Part shown: positions 1 to 15,213 of the stretch, in pieces
Position numbering within the stretch: position 1 is the first letter of the stretch
How the letters are laid out: every line of letters starts with the position of its first letter
Origin: Tubiluchus corallicola
Lineage: Eukaryota > Animalia > Priapulida
Reading direction: 5' to 3'
Length of the DNA: 30,847 bases
Assembly: GCA_030141605.1 (NCBI GenBank)
Contig: JAQGDQ010001653.1
Location: 1 to 30,847, forward strand
Notes under the pieces: model-generated
Seen by the model: the letters and a program-made list of their open reading frames with translations, nothing else
Database searches by the model: none
Told to the model about the DNA's origin: nothing
Made by a program: the position numbers and the translations under genes

Positions 1-195
1 ACTTCAATTTTCACTTTTGCAAAGACGTGGAATATTTTTGCTGTTGAAAATTATGTGCGTTTGTGATGTCATCACTAGTTGGGCTCGCTCGCCGATAATT
101 AAGATTTTATTATTAAGACTTTGGCATTATCACAGGTTTTAAAATATTTGCCCTATTTCAAAATAGGGAGGATATGAAAATCGTCCTGTTTTGCT
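1..195 (-). mobile_element. Kolobok-like MITE, partial copy inside the IR1 left arm
   Basis: Ends GTCCTGTTTTGCT|TTAA (196-199); mirror image of 2766-2960. Confidence 0.75.
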
Positions 196-377
196 TTAAT
201 GATATTGAATATAAACGTGGAAGAGCATAATGTACAGTGAGAATCTCTGCAATTATGAGTTATTTAAAGCACACAACAACTCTCAACAACATTATACTTT
301 TATCGGCCTATCATTCTATCTCTTTCTCTCTCTCCTTTTCCCCTCCTTTCTCCCTGTCTCTCTGTCTCCTTCTTTTT

Positions 378-549
<172 letters not shown>

Positions 550-705
550 TTTTTCTTTCACTCTCACACACCGTGTCTCTGTCCCTTGCTTTTTTCTTTC
601 TCCTCTTTTTTCCATCTCCCTCTCTCTCTCCTATTTCTTTCGATCTACTATAATCCTTTTCTTTCTCTCCCTCTCACTTCTTCTTCATTTCCCTGTCTTT
701 CCTTC

Positions 706-792
<87 letters not shown>

Positions 793-800
793 TCGTTCGT

Positions 801-832
<32 letters not shown>

Positions 833-844
833 TATTTCTTTCTT

Positions 845-879
<35 letters not shown>

Positions 880-890
880 TTTTTCTTTCT
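706..890. repeat. (TTTC)n then (TC)n microsatellite
   Basis: Directly visible; IR1 homology ends inside it. Confidence 0.97.
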
Positions 891-1881
891 TTTTTTCCTG
901 TTATCAGCGTTGAAAATGAGGTAACGTATAAAAAATCAACCTGTCTTCCTTAAAACTGTGAAATAAACCCAACACTCGTGTTACATTAATTAGAACTATA
1001 CTAGTAGAAGGTCTATGTACTTTACGTGTCCAAGCAGAGCTAAATATACCCATGTTGTTTATAGCCAACAATGCAGACTGTAACATAGGCGTCGCTTCAT
1101 TCTGAAACTGTGCAATGATTCCAGACATTACGTAACTGTCATTGTTCACCGTGTGAATAATTCCCCGCGCGGAAAACTGTCGATAATGTTTATGACGCGG
1201 CACAACCGAATTAAATAACCCGTGTCTAATTCGATCCTGGGAAGTTTTCGTCAAACCTTTGACAAATTCGACCCTGCCCTCTCCTCCCCCTACACGACAT
1301 GCGTAACACCTCCCCCCGGGGGTAACCCTTTCACTCTGCCCGAGCGATGCTCTCACTCCGTCCGGTTTTTGTGCGAATTCAGCCGAGAGGAAAATGTGAT
1401 TGTTTTAAACCGATGTGTCGGCGCCAGTATTGGGGATTAGGATTAGGATCATCGGATGATCCGATTAGCGTATTGTGCACAGGTATAAACTATGTAGCAG
1501 ATTTGAACAGCTATGCAAGTTTGGTGTTGTCATGACAACCAAACCTAAGATAGTGATTGTTAACACTGTAAAGTGTAGTGTAGGTAGTATGTAATTACTA
1601 TTCTCACTCTTCGTAACCGGAACTTGTATAAAATACTAGTAATTAACTTACATACGAAAAAACAGATAAACATTAAACGATATGAAAGACTTGTGAAAGT
1701 AATTTTGCATAGGATTTTTAACACGCATTTATATGAATTATCATAGTATAAAATTTCACTGCAAATATTTTTAAAATGCAGCAGATTTGTTAGATTTTTG
1801 AAGAAGCAAAAAAGGGCTAATGAATTCAAAAAGATGTTACCGTTGTAGCACTTACTACGATTTTTTTTACAATTTGGGTTC

Positions 1882-2189
1882 ATTTATCTGTGTTTATTCA
1901 TTATTAATTATTTATTTATTATTAATTATTTATTTATTATTATTATGCGTTTGTTTATTTATAAACACAAGGTGAAAAAGAAATGCATCTAAAATAGTAA
2001 ATAAATAAATAAATAAGTGAATAAATAAATAAATAAGTAAATAAACAAATGAATAAATAAATACATAAATAAATAAATAAATGATAAATAAATAAATGGA
2101 TGAATAAATACGTAGATAAATAAACAAATCAACTAATAAATAAATAAAATAAATAAATAAATGATAAATAAGTGTATAAATAAATACAT
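1882..2189. repeat. Degenerate (ATTT)n and (TAAA)n tracts
   Basis: Directly visible; abuts the (GAAA)n start of the IR1 right arm. Confidence 0.9.
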
Positions 2190-2960
<771 letters not shown>

Positions 2961-4134
2961 GCAGTGCTGCTGTTAAGATATTCAGTGTGTTGTATTAAAA
3001 ATAGCAAACTTTTCAGATAAATATTCAAATTTACCGCTGTGCTCATGCATTAGCTGTCGAACGAGTGCAGTTCGTCACAAGCTAACACAACTGAACTGGG
3101 AGGTACAGCACCTGTTTTTGTGCAACACTTTCCGAATTGCAGGCGCTAGTGCCCGTCTAACTAGCGAATGGGGAAATGCGTGTAACAGTGAAGAACTAGT
3201 GACGCGAACGTGAAATTGTGTTTGTGTGGTAATAATTCTTTCACGTAAGTCATTTTTGAAAAAAACTAGCATGTTTCTTTTAATATTTTAAAGAGCAGGT
3301 TGTTTTGACCTGCAGTTTAAGATTGAGTCGGGTTTTGCTTTAAGCGTTAAAAAGCATAGCAAAGAAATTTGCAAAAACCGACTATATTGCATAAAGTTGA
3401 TTTTTACCATCGAAATTTTAGCTGCAGCGGTGGCCGCCATTCACTTGAAAATTATGACGTAACTGGTGGACGTCGTGACTTTTCGTAAACGTGTGCTGCT
3501 TTAACTAATTCAGATTTCTACAGCTTTTCTCGTTCATGCAAAAATATCACAAAATAGTTTTATAATTGTTATCTATTCATTTAACAAATTCACACTGCTG
3601 GTTTTCTTCATTCGATAAATGACTTCATTGGTGGAAGAATTGGCGTCCAAAATGTAAAATGATTGCAAAATGTAACATAATTTTACTAATTACACGAGAC
3701 GCTTACCAGGCATTTATTACTAAATACTAAAATTTGGCCTCTCCTTGGCTGTGTGTAAACCAATGACACTCATTCTTCCTCCAGTGACGTCATTCGTCGA
3801 CTGAAGAAAAGCAGCGCACTGTCGATTTCCGTCAAAAGTGCAATAGGCTTTTACAAAAAATAGATAACAAATTTTTGCATGAGTGTTAGGTAAGCTGCAG
3901 GAGTTTTGATTGGATTAAGTAGCTCACGCTTACGGAAAGCTACGATGCGCTTACGACAACTCACGAAGTCCATCGATTACGTCATGATTTTCAGGTGAAT
4001 GGCAGCTACCATCGTGCCCGGAAATATTTATTGATATAATAATATAAATAATAATAAAAATAATATATAATAATATAAATGATTATAACTATAAGATAAT
4101 ATATGCAGATTTCTTTGCTATATTTTTCTAAGCT

Positions 4135-4839
4135 TAAGTGATAACAGAAAAATAAACCCAACATACTGAGTGACTTGTGCTTTCCTTTAGCACACCACAA
4201 ACAGTTTAAGTAATAACAGTAAGATAAACCCTGCATACTGAGTGACTTGTGGTTTCTTTTAGTACACCAAAAACAGTTTAAGTGATAACAGAAAAATAAA
4301 CCCAACATACTGAGTGACTAGTGCTTTCCTTTAGCACACCACAAACACTTTAAGTAATAACAGTAAGATAAACCCTGCATACTGAGTGACTTGTGGTTTC
4401 TTTTAGTACACCAAAAACAGTTTAAGTGATAACAGAAAAATAAAACCCAATATACTGAGTGACTAGTGCTTTCTTTTAGCACACCACAAACAGTTTAAGT
4501 GATAACAGTAAGATAAACCCAACATACTGAGTGACTTGTTCTTTTCTTTAGCACACCACAAACAGTTTAAGTGGTAACAGTAAAATAAACCCAACATACT
4601 GAGTGACTCGTTCTTTCTTTTAGCACACCACAAACAGTTTAAGTGATAACAGTAAGATAAACCCAACATGCTGAGTGACTTGTTCTTTTCTTTAGCACAC
4701 CACAAACAGTTTAAGTGCTAACAGTAAAATAAACCCAACATACTAAGTGACTAATGCTTTCCTTTAGCACACCACAAACAGTTTAAGTGATAACAGTAAG
4801 ATAAACCCAACATGCTGAGTGACTTGTTCTTTCCTTTAA
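4135..4839. repeat. 72-bp minisatellite, about 10 copies
   Basis: TAAGT(G/A)ATAACAG recurs near 4135, 4207, 4279, 4351, 4423, 4496, 4568, 4640, 4712 and 4784. Confidence 0.95.
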
Positions 4840-5689
4840 GTATTAATTCACAGTTTTAGCTAGTCGTGTAAACATGAAATTGCCGTCCAATATCAATGTC
4901 TTTGCAAAATTATTTTACTACAAAATTAGCACATTAACCAATTAAATTGTCCTTTCCTTTAGTACAAGAGACAATTATAATGAAGTTTATCATAATTGTG
5001 TAAAGATGAGATGGAATCATGAAAGGAGGTACCACCACCCCCGCTCAACAATACGCTTCCCGGCCACTAAGACAATGCGGCGCATGCAATGAATGCCTCC
5101 CGCAGGATCCTCTTTTCAAGAGCTCTCCGCAAAACCAACAAAAGCGTCCGTCTCTTGGCGAGAGCATAAAGCCATCTTTAAACAGAGAAGTGAGAGAGAG
5201 AGCCAGCTTGCTCGCGAACACAATAAACTCGGTAAACTGTTTACCCTGGCCAACAAACGAGTTTAGTTTACCAGCGAAATGACTGAACGGGACAAGATTG
5301 GGTTTGAAATAAACGCAGGGAAGATTGCTTCAAATGATAGTTAAAAATTTCATGGCATATTTATAGGGAAGGGGTGATTAATTTGGCGCGCCTTTTCGTG
5401 ATTTAACGTGTAACCCTTTCGTGGTTTCAGTCTGCCAGGTTTTCAGTTTAGCTGCTTTGAAGATACATACTCTTCAGAGAATAATATTTTTAGTTAAAAA
5501 ACCTACTAAAAACCTTTAAAACTTTACTAAAACTTTTAATTTACATAGTTAAAAAAATCATGTCAAACGTTTTGACAGGCTACTGTTGTCATCATCAGTG
5601 GTAAATTTGTACAAAAAGTACAACCAGTTTATGTACGGCCACATCTTATATATGTTCTATACTGTACTCTCTGTTCATATATATATTAA

Positions 5690-5750
5690 TTAATTAATTA
5701 ATTAATCAATTTATTTATTTATTTGTTTGTTTGTTCCTTTGTTTGTTTGT

Positions 5751-5833
<83 letters not shown>

Positions 5834-5870
5834 TTGATTGATTGATTTATTATTAATTTATTTATTTATT
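5690..5870. repeat. (ATTT)n microsatellite
   Basis: Directly visible. Confidence 0.95.
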
Positions 5871-6189
5871 AGTGTCAAAAATATGTACAATACAAAAAAA
5901 AATGCAAGACATACATAGAATTTCAATTTCGAGATACACTAATACTGCAGGCAAGAAAAGCAAGTACTGATAAAACAAAAGTTATTAAATCTTCCTCTTA
6001 GATATTTTAGATATTAAACGAAATGTTTAATGATTAGTATTTGAAATGAATTGTCACTTATTAGGCCTCATTATCAATGATACGATCGTTACATAGTTCA
6101 TTGTTCACCAAGTCTTCAAAACGCTTTTTCAACATAATCAATAATAGCAGAGAATGATGATACAAACACATAATTAATAATTTATGCCA

Positions 6190-6660
<471 letters not shown>

Positions 6661-6663
<3 letters not shown>

Positions 6664-6712
6664 AACGCTTTATTTCACTAACATAAACACAAGTACAATT
6701 AACAAATCACAC
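6661..6712 (-). mobile_element. Probable retroposon 3' end with AATAAA and (TTA)n tail
   Basis: Reverse complement TGATTTGTTAATTGTACTTGTGTTTATGTTAGTGAAATAAAGCGTTTATT closely matches 29647-29697; both run into TTA repeats. Confidence 0.6.
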
Positions 6713-7449
6713 ACTTAAATAAACAACTCATACAGAAACACGTCTCTACAAATACAGGGCTCTGTTTAAACATCGTTGATTAAAACTATCATAATTTATA
6801 ACAAACACATCTACATGTATATCACAGTGCTGATTGAATACATTAATTCTTAGCAAAAGTAATTCCTGCCTCTCAAGTTAGAATCACGTTTTGTTAAAAC
6901 TTTATGCACAATTAATCAACAATTTCTTGACCGAAACCGGATGATTGTATAAACATTAGTTCAGAATAAAGAATTCTCTAAAATATTGAAAACTACAAAA
7001 GTACAAAAGCTTTTTTAAATCAAAGTTTAGATTAAATAATAATTACCTCGGATACTCAAATTTTGCTAAACTTTCAAAGCTACGCGCGGCTCAGTGAATC
7101 TACTAAGATTGGCAGCGGCACATTTTTGTCATGTACGCATGGCCGACAAATAGAAGGCGGTACCGTGATAACCAAAATCATGAACTGCTGTGTTAGTTTC
7201 TGACGTCATATGATGTAGATCCCATTTTCATGACATCATGCGTTTAAACAGTACTGTAACACCTATGCGAATTTGCTTGACGCGCAAGGGAAGATGCCTA
7301 CTATTGCACAAACTGTGGCTAGTTTGTGACGTAAGCAATACCTTGTTCAGTTTCCCTTAATTAACTTTCTAAGCTAACTATTCAAATACAAGAAATAATT
7401 GTTAACTCCTATAGGCAAGAAAACGTATATTTTGGACAGTAAATTAAAA

Positions 7450-7488
7450 TGAGATTGAGTCTAAACAATTCTTCCGGTTTTCCTTTAA
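7450..7488 (+). mobile_element. Isolated Kolobok-like right terminus
   Basis: AGATTGAGTC...CCGGTTTTCCT|TTAA resembles the 3320-3343 end; no left TIR found. Confidence 0.4.
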
Positions 7489-7669
7489 GAATATTCACCA
7501 GGCGTTTGTGACGGAGGCAACACTTGATTAGACTACAAGGAGCCGTACGCAACAGATATTTACACATGAGAATTAAAGTTTACACTAGAGGGCGATTTAT
7601 TGAAAACGAAAACAGAAATAGTGGTGCAGTTATCAGTTATATGTGTCAGTCAAATGCTTTATATTGTTT

Positions 7670-7930
7670 TTAAAAATGGCCACTGGGTTGGTATTTTTTC
7701 AAGATGGCCACTGAGTTTTTAATTTTTAAAGATGGCCACTGAGTTGGTAATTTTTAAAGATGGCTATTGAGTTGGTAGTTTTTAAAGATGGGCAGTGAGT
7801 TGGTATTTTTTAAAGATGGCCACTGAGTTGGTATTTTTTAAAAATGGCCACTGAGTTGGTATTTTTTAAAGATGGCAACTGAGTTGGTATTTTTTAAAGA
7901 TGGCCAGTGAGTTGGAATTTTTTAAAGCTG
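7670..7930. repeat. 28-bp minisatellite, about 9 copies
   Basis: Unit AAAGATGGCCACTGAGTTGGTATTTTTT; GATGG at 7703, 7731, 7759, 7787, 7815 and onward. Confidence 0.95.
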
Positions 7931-8107
7931 GAGCAATTGAATTCCTGACAATTTACCAAATATGATTAGCCATAATGATGGAGAAGTAAGTGAATTAATA
8001 GCAGTGATATGAACGACTCATATGATTGTCTTGTTGCTTGGCAGGTAGTTCAATACAGAACAAAGATACACAGGCTGTAGAATTTTAAAATTCTCTACAT
8101 ATTGAAA

Positions 8108-8985
8108 TCTTCTTCTTCTTCTTCTGTTGCTCTAAACCTCTATGCTGTATTAGAACACTCCACTGTTTCCTATCTGCTGGTAAAATTTTCCATTGCTTTG
8201 ATGTTATTGTTAAGTTTTGTCCCAGCTGTTGTAAATCTTTGTTAATTCTTGACATCCTCAAGTTGTTTTTGGTTTTGCCTGGAGGGAATTTCTAGTGTTG
8301 TTTCTGACAATCTCATTAAATGTCTTACCCATCTTAGTCTTCTGATTCTGATTTTAGTGTTCCAAAGGTCCTCTTTGGTTCTGTTTAATGCTAATCTTAC
8401 TGATGTTGTTTTTGGCAATCTCATTAAATGTCCTACTCATCTTAGTCTTCTGATTCTGATTTTAGTGTTCCAAAGGTCTTCTTTCGTTCTGTTTAATGCC
8501 AATCTTACTGATGTTGTTTCTGGCAATCTCATTAAATGCCCTACCCATCTTAGTCTTCTGATTCTGATTTTAGTGTTCCAAAGGTCCTCTTTGGTTCTGT
8601 TTAATGCCAATCTTACTGATGTTGTTTTTGGCAATCTCATTAAATGTCCTACTCATCTTAGTCTTCTGATTCTGATTTTAGTGTTCCAAAGGTTTTTGTT
8701 CTGTTTTGTTTTGTGTTGTTTCTGGCAATCTCATTAAATGTCCTACGCATCTTAGTCTTCTGATTCTGACTTTAGTGCTCCAATGTTTAATGCTAATCTT
8801 ACTGGTGTTGTTTCTGCAATCTCATTAAATGTCCTACCCATCTTACTCTTCTGATTCTGATTTTAGTGCTCCAATGTTTAATGCTAATCTTACTGGTGTT
8901 GTTTCTGGCAATCTCATTAAATGTCCTACCCACCTTAGTCTTCTGATTCTGATTTTAGTGCTTCAAAGTTCCTCTTTGGTTCTGT
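8108..8985 (-). mobile_element. 5'-truncated RTE-clade LINE 3' fragment with internal tandem amplification
   Basis: Minus-strand translation IRIRRLRWVGHLMRLPETTSVRLAL...PPGKTK...RINKDLQQLG...ADRKQW matches RTE ORF C-terminal motifs (RLRWxGH..R, KDL, ADR..W), followed by a (GAA)n tail at 8108-8125. Confidence 0.8.
8295..8985. repeat. 108-bp (later 91-94-bp) tandem repeat, about 7 copies, LINE-derived
   Basis: CAATCTCATTAAATG at 8308, 8416, 8524, 8632, 8726, 8817 and 8909. Confidence 0.95.
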
Positions 8986-9654
8986 TATAGAGATGCCTAT
9001 TTGAAATGATAAATGGTCTTTTATTTTTTAAGATCGTTTTGAATATTTTAATACAGGAGGCCATAAAAGATTAGGTCTATTATAGGCTCATCAGATAAAC
9101 ATAATAAGGAACTAAATGAAAGCGAAACATATTGGAAGCTGCGGCATCCTTTGCGTAATCAAACCGCTCTCTTCCTGCCGATGATTGAGATGCTGGTACT
9201 GATGCTGCTGCACGCCGTGGAGGCAGCGAAGGTGTCAAATTATTATCATTATCCGTGAGATCGTCTCAAGATATCGGTAGGATCGGTGCACAGCCTCTGC
9301 GCTCTTACAAGACCATTAGAGGAAAATAGGACCAAACACCGGGCAAATAGCTGTGTTCAACCCGTCCACACGTGTATAATTAGATGAAATACGAGACAGT
9401 AATGGGCTAGATTGGTTGTCACTGAGGTACCAGTAATAGGTGTCATTAAAGCAGTCAGAGAAAGGGTTTTAATTTGCTATGAAGTCCCCTGTTGTCTGTT
9501 GGCGTTGTTGCCGTGATAGTATACTTATCATTTGTCTGCCGGAACCACCTGCTAAGATAAGATGTAGCGACGCCATGTTTGTATTAATTCCAGGTAGCGC
9601 GCCACCTATTGGCTGGTTTTTTGACTTTCTGTTAAATTTTATATACATATATAT

Positions 9655-9793
9655 GTTGTCGATGTTGTTGTTCCCAACGAGGAGCATAGTCGAGTGATCA
9701 TGGCGTGTGCTTAGAGAGCAAAGTTAGGCTATGTCGAGGCGGATGAGTAAATGGATGGATGCCAATGGCAATGCTTTGAGCTTTGATATTGCA
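9655..9793 (+). repeat. Dispersed CAA/GTT-associated element, copy 1
   Basis: GTTCCC..GAG.ATAGTCGAGTGATCATGGCGTGTGCT.AGAGAGCAAAGTTAGG shared with 10429-10670 (inverted) and 17095-17215. Confidence 0.85.
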
Positions 9794-9954
9794 TATATAT
9801 ATATATTGTGTTCATATCTATGTACATGTATAATCACGAAGTCTCTCAGTTACGACATGATTTTCGAGAGAATGGTGGCAACCACAACGCCAGAAAATTT
9901 GTATTTAGATGTAGTATATTTTAAATTTATGCTTTATAGACAATTTCTTTGCAA

Positions 9955-10160
9955 ATTTCTTTGTTATATTTTTCTAAGCTTAAAGTGATAACAGTAAAAT
10001 AAACCCAACATGCTGAGTGACTTGTTTGTTCCTTTAGTACACCACAAACGGTTTAAGTGATAACAGTTTTTCTTTAAGGTAAGTTTCGGTGTGGAGTTTT
10101 AGCAAGACTCGTGAATGCTAAATTGAAGTCCTTTATTTACGAAATTAGCACATTAACTTA
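9955..10160 (+). repeat. Single-unit version of the element carrying the 72-bp minisatellite
   Basis: Same left flank (ATTTCTTTG.TATATTTTTCTAAGCTTAA, cf. 4109), about 1.2 units, and a similar right flank (AAATTAGCACATTAAC, cf. 4923). Confidence 0.8.
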
Positions 10161-10428
10161 TTATATAATTATATATAAACTAATTTAGATCAATGTAATG
10201 TTAATTAAAATATATTACTAGATTACCATTTTAACTCGGTTTTAAAAAATGAAAAGATTTATACTGTGCAATTAATTTTTGAAATTACGACAAAGTTTGT
10301 ACTGCAATAGTTGCATTTTAAATCCGAGAGGTGGCGCTACACGTTGTTAAAATGTAGCTGATCAATAGATATTCTCCTCGAACATTAATTGAAAATCATT
10401 CCATACCCTTTGCAGCAACTTTGTCTTC

Positions 10429-10672
10429 TGCAATTTCAAAGCTCAAAGCATTGCCGTTGCCAACCATCCATTTACTCACCCGCCTCAACATAGCCTAACT
10501 TTGGTAATTACTCGACTATTCTTCTCGCTGCCTGATACTTTAACACTCGTTGGTTTGGTAAGCTTTGAACTTGTGCCTATTCGATACAGAACCTAACTTT
10601 GCTCTCTAAGCACACGCCATGATCACTCGACTATGCTCTTCGCTGGGAACAAAAAAATCGACAACAACATCG

Positions 10673-10720
<48 letters not shown>

Positions 10721-10757
10721 TAAAACAACAACAACATAAAACAACAACAACATCATT

Positions 10758-10808
<51 letters not shown>

Positions 10809-10930
10809 AACAACCTAACTTTAATCGCCAAGCACACGCCGTGATCGCTCAGCTATTCACCTCTCCGGCTGGTACTTTAACACTGAACGGTTTGACAGTC
10901 TTTGAGCTTCTGTGCCTATTTGATACACAG
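10429..10930 (-). repeat. Dispersed CAA-associated element, copy 2, with (CAA)n at 10660-10812 and a diverged sub-repeat at 10812-10930
   Basis: Inverted match to 9655-9793. 10812-10930 repeats the CCTAACTTT..AAGCACACGCC.TGATC and TACTTTAACACT..TGTGCCTATT motifs. Confidence 0.8.
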
Positions 10931-11244
10931 ACAGAAATATGGCCTTAAAATAGACGTGATTTAGAGCAAAATTGGCCATTAAGATCAGACACAGAAAGCG
11001 CCACCTGAGCCAGAATAAACGATGCGCTTATTATGAGATTACGCATTATTCAAATGAAAGACAATTACTGATATACGGTGTCAAAGTGAGCTGCTGATCA
11101 TTTGGTATAGCAATTGAATAATATTTGAGGTCTTGACACACAACTAACTCTAGTTGTCGAACTTCAAATCGTCAGGAATCGTGCATGTGCCACTGTCATT
11201 CAAATATAATCATCTAATGCGAATCATCAACTACAAGTAGCTAG

Positions 11245-12631
<1,387 letters not shown>

Positions 12632-13244
12632 GTGTTCAACACTTGTCATAAACAGTAAAATAAATGATACTCGAAACCTATTCCCTTCATACAGATTTTT
12701 CCATTTCTGGCAGAATTTCAGAACTCTTATTTTCTATGCAACACTGTTGTGCACATTAGACATTCATTACAATTTGACAACAGTTCATTCAGCCAATTAG
12801 AGAGCTTGTTGATGAATCACGCGGGCGCAGCTGACCTTCTCCTCTGTTCCTCAGCATCCAAGAGATGCTCAAAATGTCAGCGGGGAGAGAGCGCGATGAT
12901 TACCCTCCGCTGTCTTTATCTCAGCTAATCGATCTGTTAATTAAGCCAAAGATTGGCTATAATTGCGGCAATTTTGCACGTAATGATCGGTCATTATTAT
13001 TAAAAGACATTGTGATGCTGAGCGGTAATGAGTTCCAATGTTATTAGGTTGCAAAGACTGAGAAGCCAGTAGATATTACCAAGAAGCCAGTTTTCTGGAG
13101 CAGAGGCCAGAGAAGCCATTTGAAGAGCAGTGCTGTTAGAGTCAGCTGAAACCCAACTGAAAGGTGTAGGGGACACTGCAGAACGGAAATGTAAAAACTT
13201 TCTCCCTTTTTCTTCCTGTACATTTACCGCCATTTTCACCCCCA

Positions 13245-13375
13245 TCATCAACATCATCGTCATCATCAACAACAGCAGCTAGTAAGAATAACCACTATGA
13301 CAACTACAACAATGACAATGGCAACGAGAACCACGACGACGACAACGATGATGACAACGACGACGACAATGAAGA

Positions 13376-13441
<66 letters not shown>

Positions 13442-13661
13442 ACAACAGCAACAACAGCAACAAACAACAGCAACAAACAACAAAAACGACGACGACAGTG
13501 ACAGCAACAACAACAGTAACAACAATGACAACAACAAGCAACAACAACGGCAACAAAAACGACGACGACAGTGACAGCAACAAACAACAGTAACAACAAT
13601 GACAACACCAAACAACAGCAACAGCAACATCAACAAAAATGACGATGACGACAGTGACGGC

Positions 13662-13698
<37 letters not shown>

Positions 13699-14112
13699 GA
13701 AACGACGACGACGACAGTGACAACAGTGGCAACAGCAACAACAACAAATAACAAAAACGACGAAGACGACAATGACAACAACAACAACAACAACAAAAAC
13801 GACGACGACGACGGTGACAACAGCAGCAACAACGAAAACGACGACGACAGCGACAGCAACAACAGCAGCAACAACAACGGCAACAACAATGACAACAACA
13901 ACAACGAGAACATAAACGACTACGACGACAATGACGGCAACAACAACAAATAACAAAAACGACGACGACAGTGACAACAACAACAACTAAAACAATGAAA
14001 AACGACAACAACAAATAACAAAAACGACGACGACAGTGACAACAACAACAACTAAAACAATGAAAAACGACAACAACAACAACAACAACAACAACTAAAA
14101 CAATGAAAAACG

Positions 14113-14143
<31 letters not shown>

Positions 14144-14226
14144 CTAAAACTATGAAAAACGACAACAACAACAACAACAACAACAACAAAAACGACGACG
14201 ACGACAGTGACAGCAGCAACAACAAC
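13245..14226. repeat. Cryptic (CAA)/(GAC) low-complexity array with a higher-order unit
   Basis: AAAACGACGACGACAGTGAC-like motif recurs about 10 times between CAA runs. Confidence 0.9.
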
Positions 14227-15049
14227 CATTATGTAACTATGTAAATTAAAAGTTTTAATGAAGTTGTAGTGTTTTACTATAACTGTTTTAAGTGCCTGTA
14301 ATAAAAACTTTTGAACATATATAACTCATCCAAGTGTTGAATTGTTTGACCAAGACTACCTGTGTCCAAATGTGAGAGGTCAATTATAGTGAGAAGTGAA
14401 TTACTTAGTGCCCAATATAGGCCCAGTCGTTCAAATGCTTAATGGTAATGCACAGTTAGGCTATACTTGTCTTTACCACGTTCAGTTCAAATAATTTTAT
14501 TACCTTGTTTATTAGATAGAATAGGCGCCGCTTAATAGACTCCCTTTATGACTATGAAGTGTTTTGACCCAGTTAACCGACATGTTGATTCAGCGTAGCA
14601 TCATGATTCCCCGGGGGCCTGTTGTAATTTAGGGCCTAAGGCTCTACCCTAGCAGCATAATAGTTAATCCGTCCCTTATAAAGTTGTTTTGTTTTGACTA
14701 TAAAAATTTGAAACCAAATGTGTAATGTTTTGAGACCAAATTAGAGAAAAAGAATGGTCGTAAGAAATGAGCATGAATTTGAATTTGTGGTCCAGCGCCA
14801 TGACCACTTGACCGATCAACTCTTTATTGGCTCTAGGTCCTTATAACATTAATTTCAAATACGTAATGCTTAAATTATTATTTAAAGATAGTCACGTGTG
14901 TCTCTTCTTTCCCATTATTGAACATTATTTTATTATAAATTAACACATTCGCATAATAATTCAATTTTCATTCGTTTTAAATGCAAAAATCTGATAATTT
15001 TTAATTACCTGGTACATGCGCATTAACTAATTAATTATATTAGTAACAA

Positions 15050-15213
15050 TTCTGAGAGGGTGGCTGACCTCGATAACTTATAGTTCTTCTGCCACCCTTT
15101 CAACACTAATCAATAATTACTTTTGCACTTTGCACTATTATTGTATGTTGTGTAGATTTATAAATCTCTTAGTTATGTATTTTGCTATTTTAAAAATGGT
15201 GATAAACTAATAA

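Noticed and set aside
904-1356. 150-aa minus-strand ORF in the IR1 spacer
   Set aside because: No recognisable motif or convincing splice context; cannot be supported without a search.
1431-1468. TTAGG-like telomeric seed near the IR1 centre
   Set aside because: Only two to three imperfect units.
4135-4839. CRISPR-like or Cys/His zinc-finger reading of the 72-bp array (CRISPR also considered for the 21-, 22-, 28- and 32-bp arrays)
   Set aside because: Units are contiguous with no unique spacers and no cas genes; the frames contain stops and the context is eukaryotic.
14420-14680. Possible MITE ends (GGCCCAGTCGTTCAAA; GTTAATCCGTCCCT)
   Set aside because: Resemble Harbinger/hAT termini but no matching partner TIR or TSD was found.
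14780-14825. Minus-strand tRNA-like A-box (CGGTCAAGTGGTC..GGCGCTGGAC)
   Set aside because: No convincing B-box or cloverleaf; too short to call.
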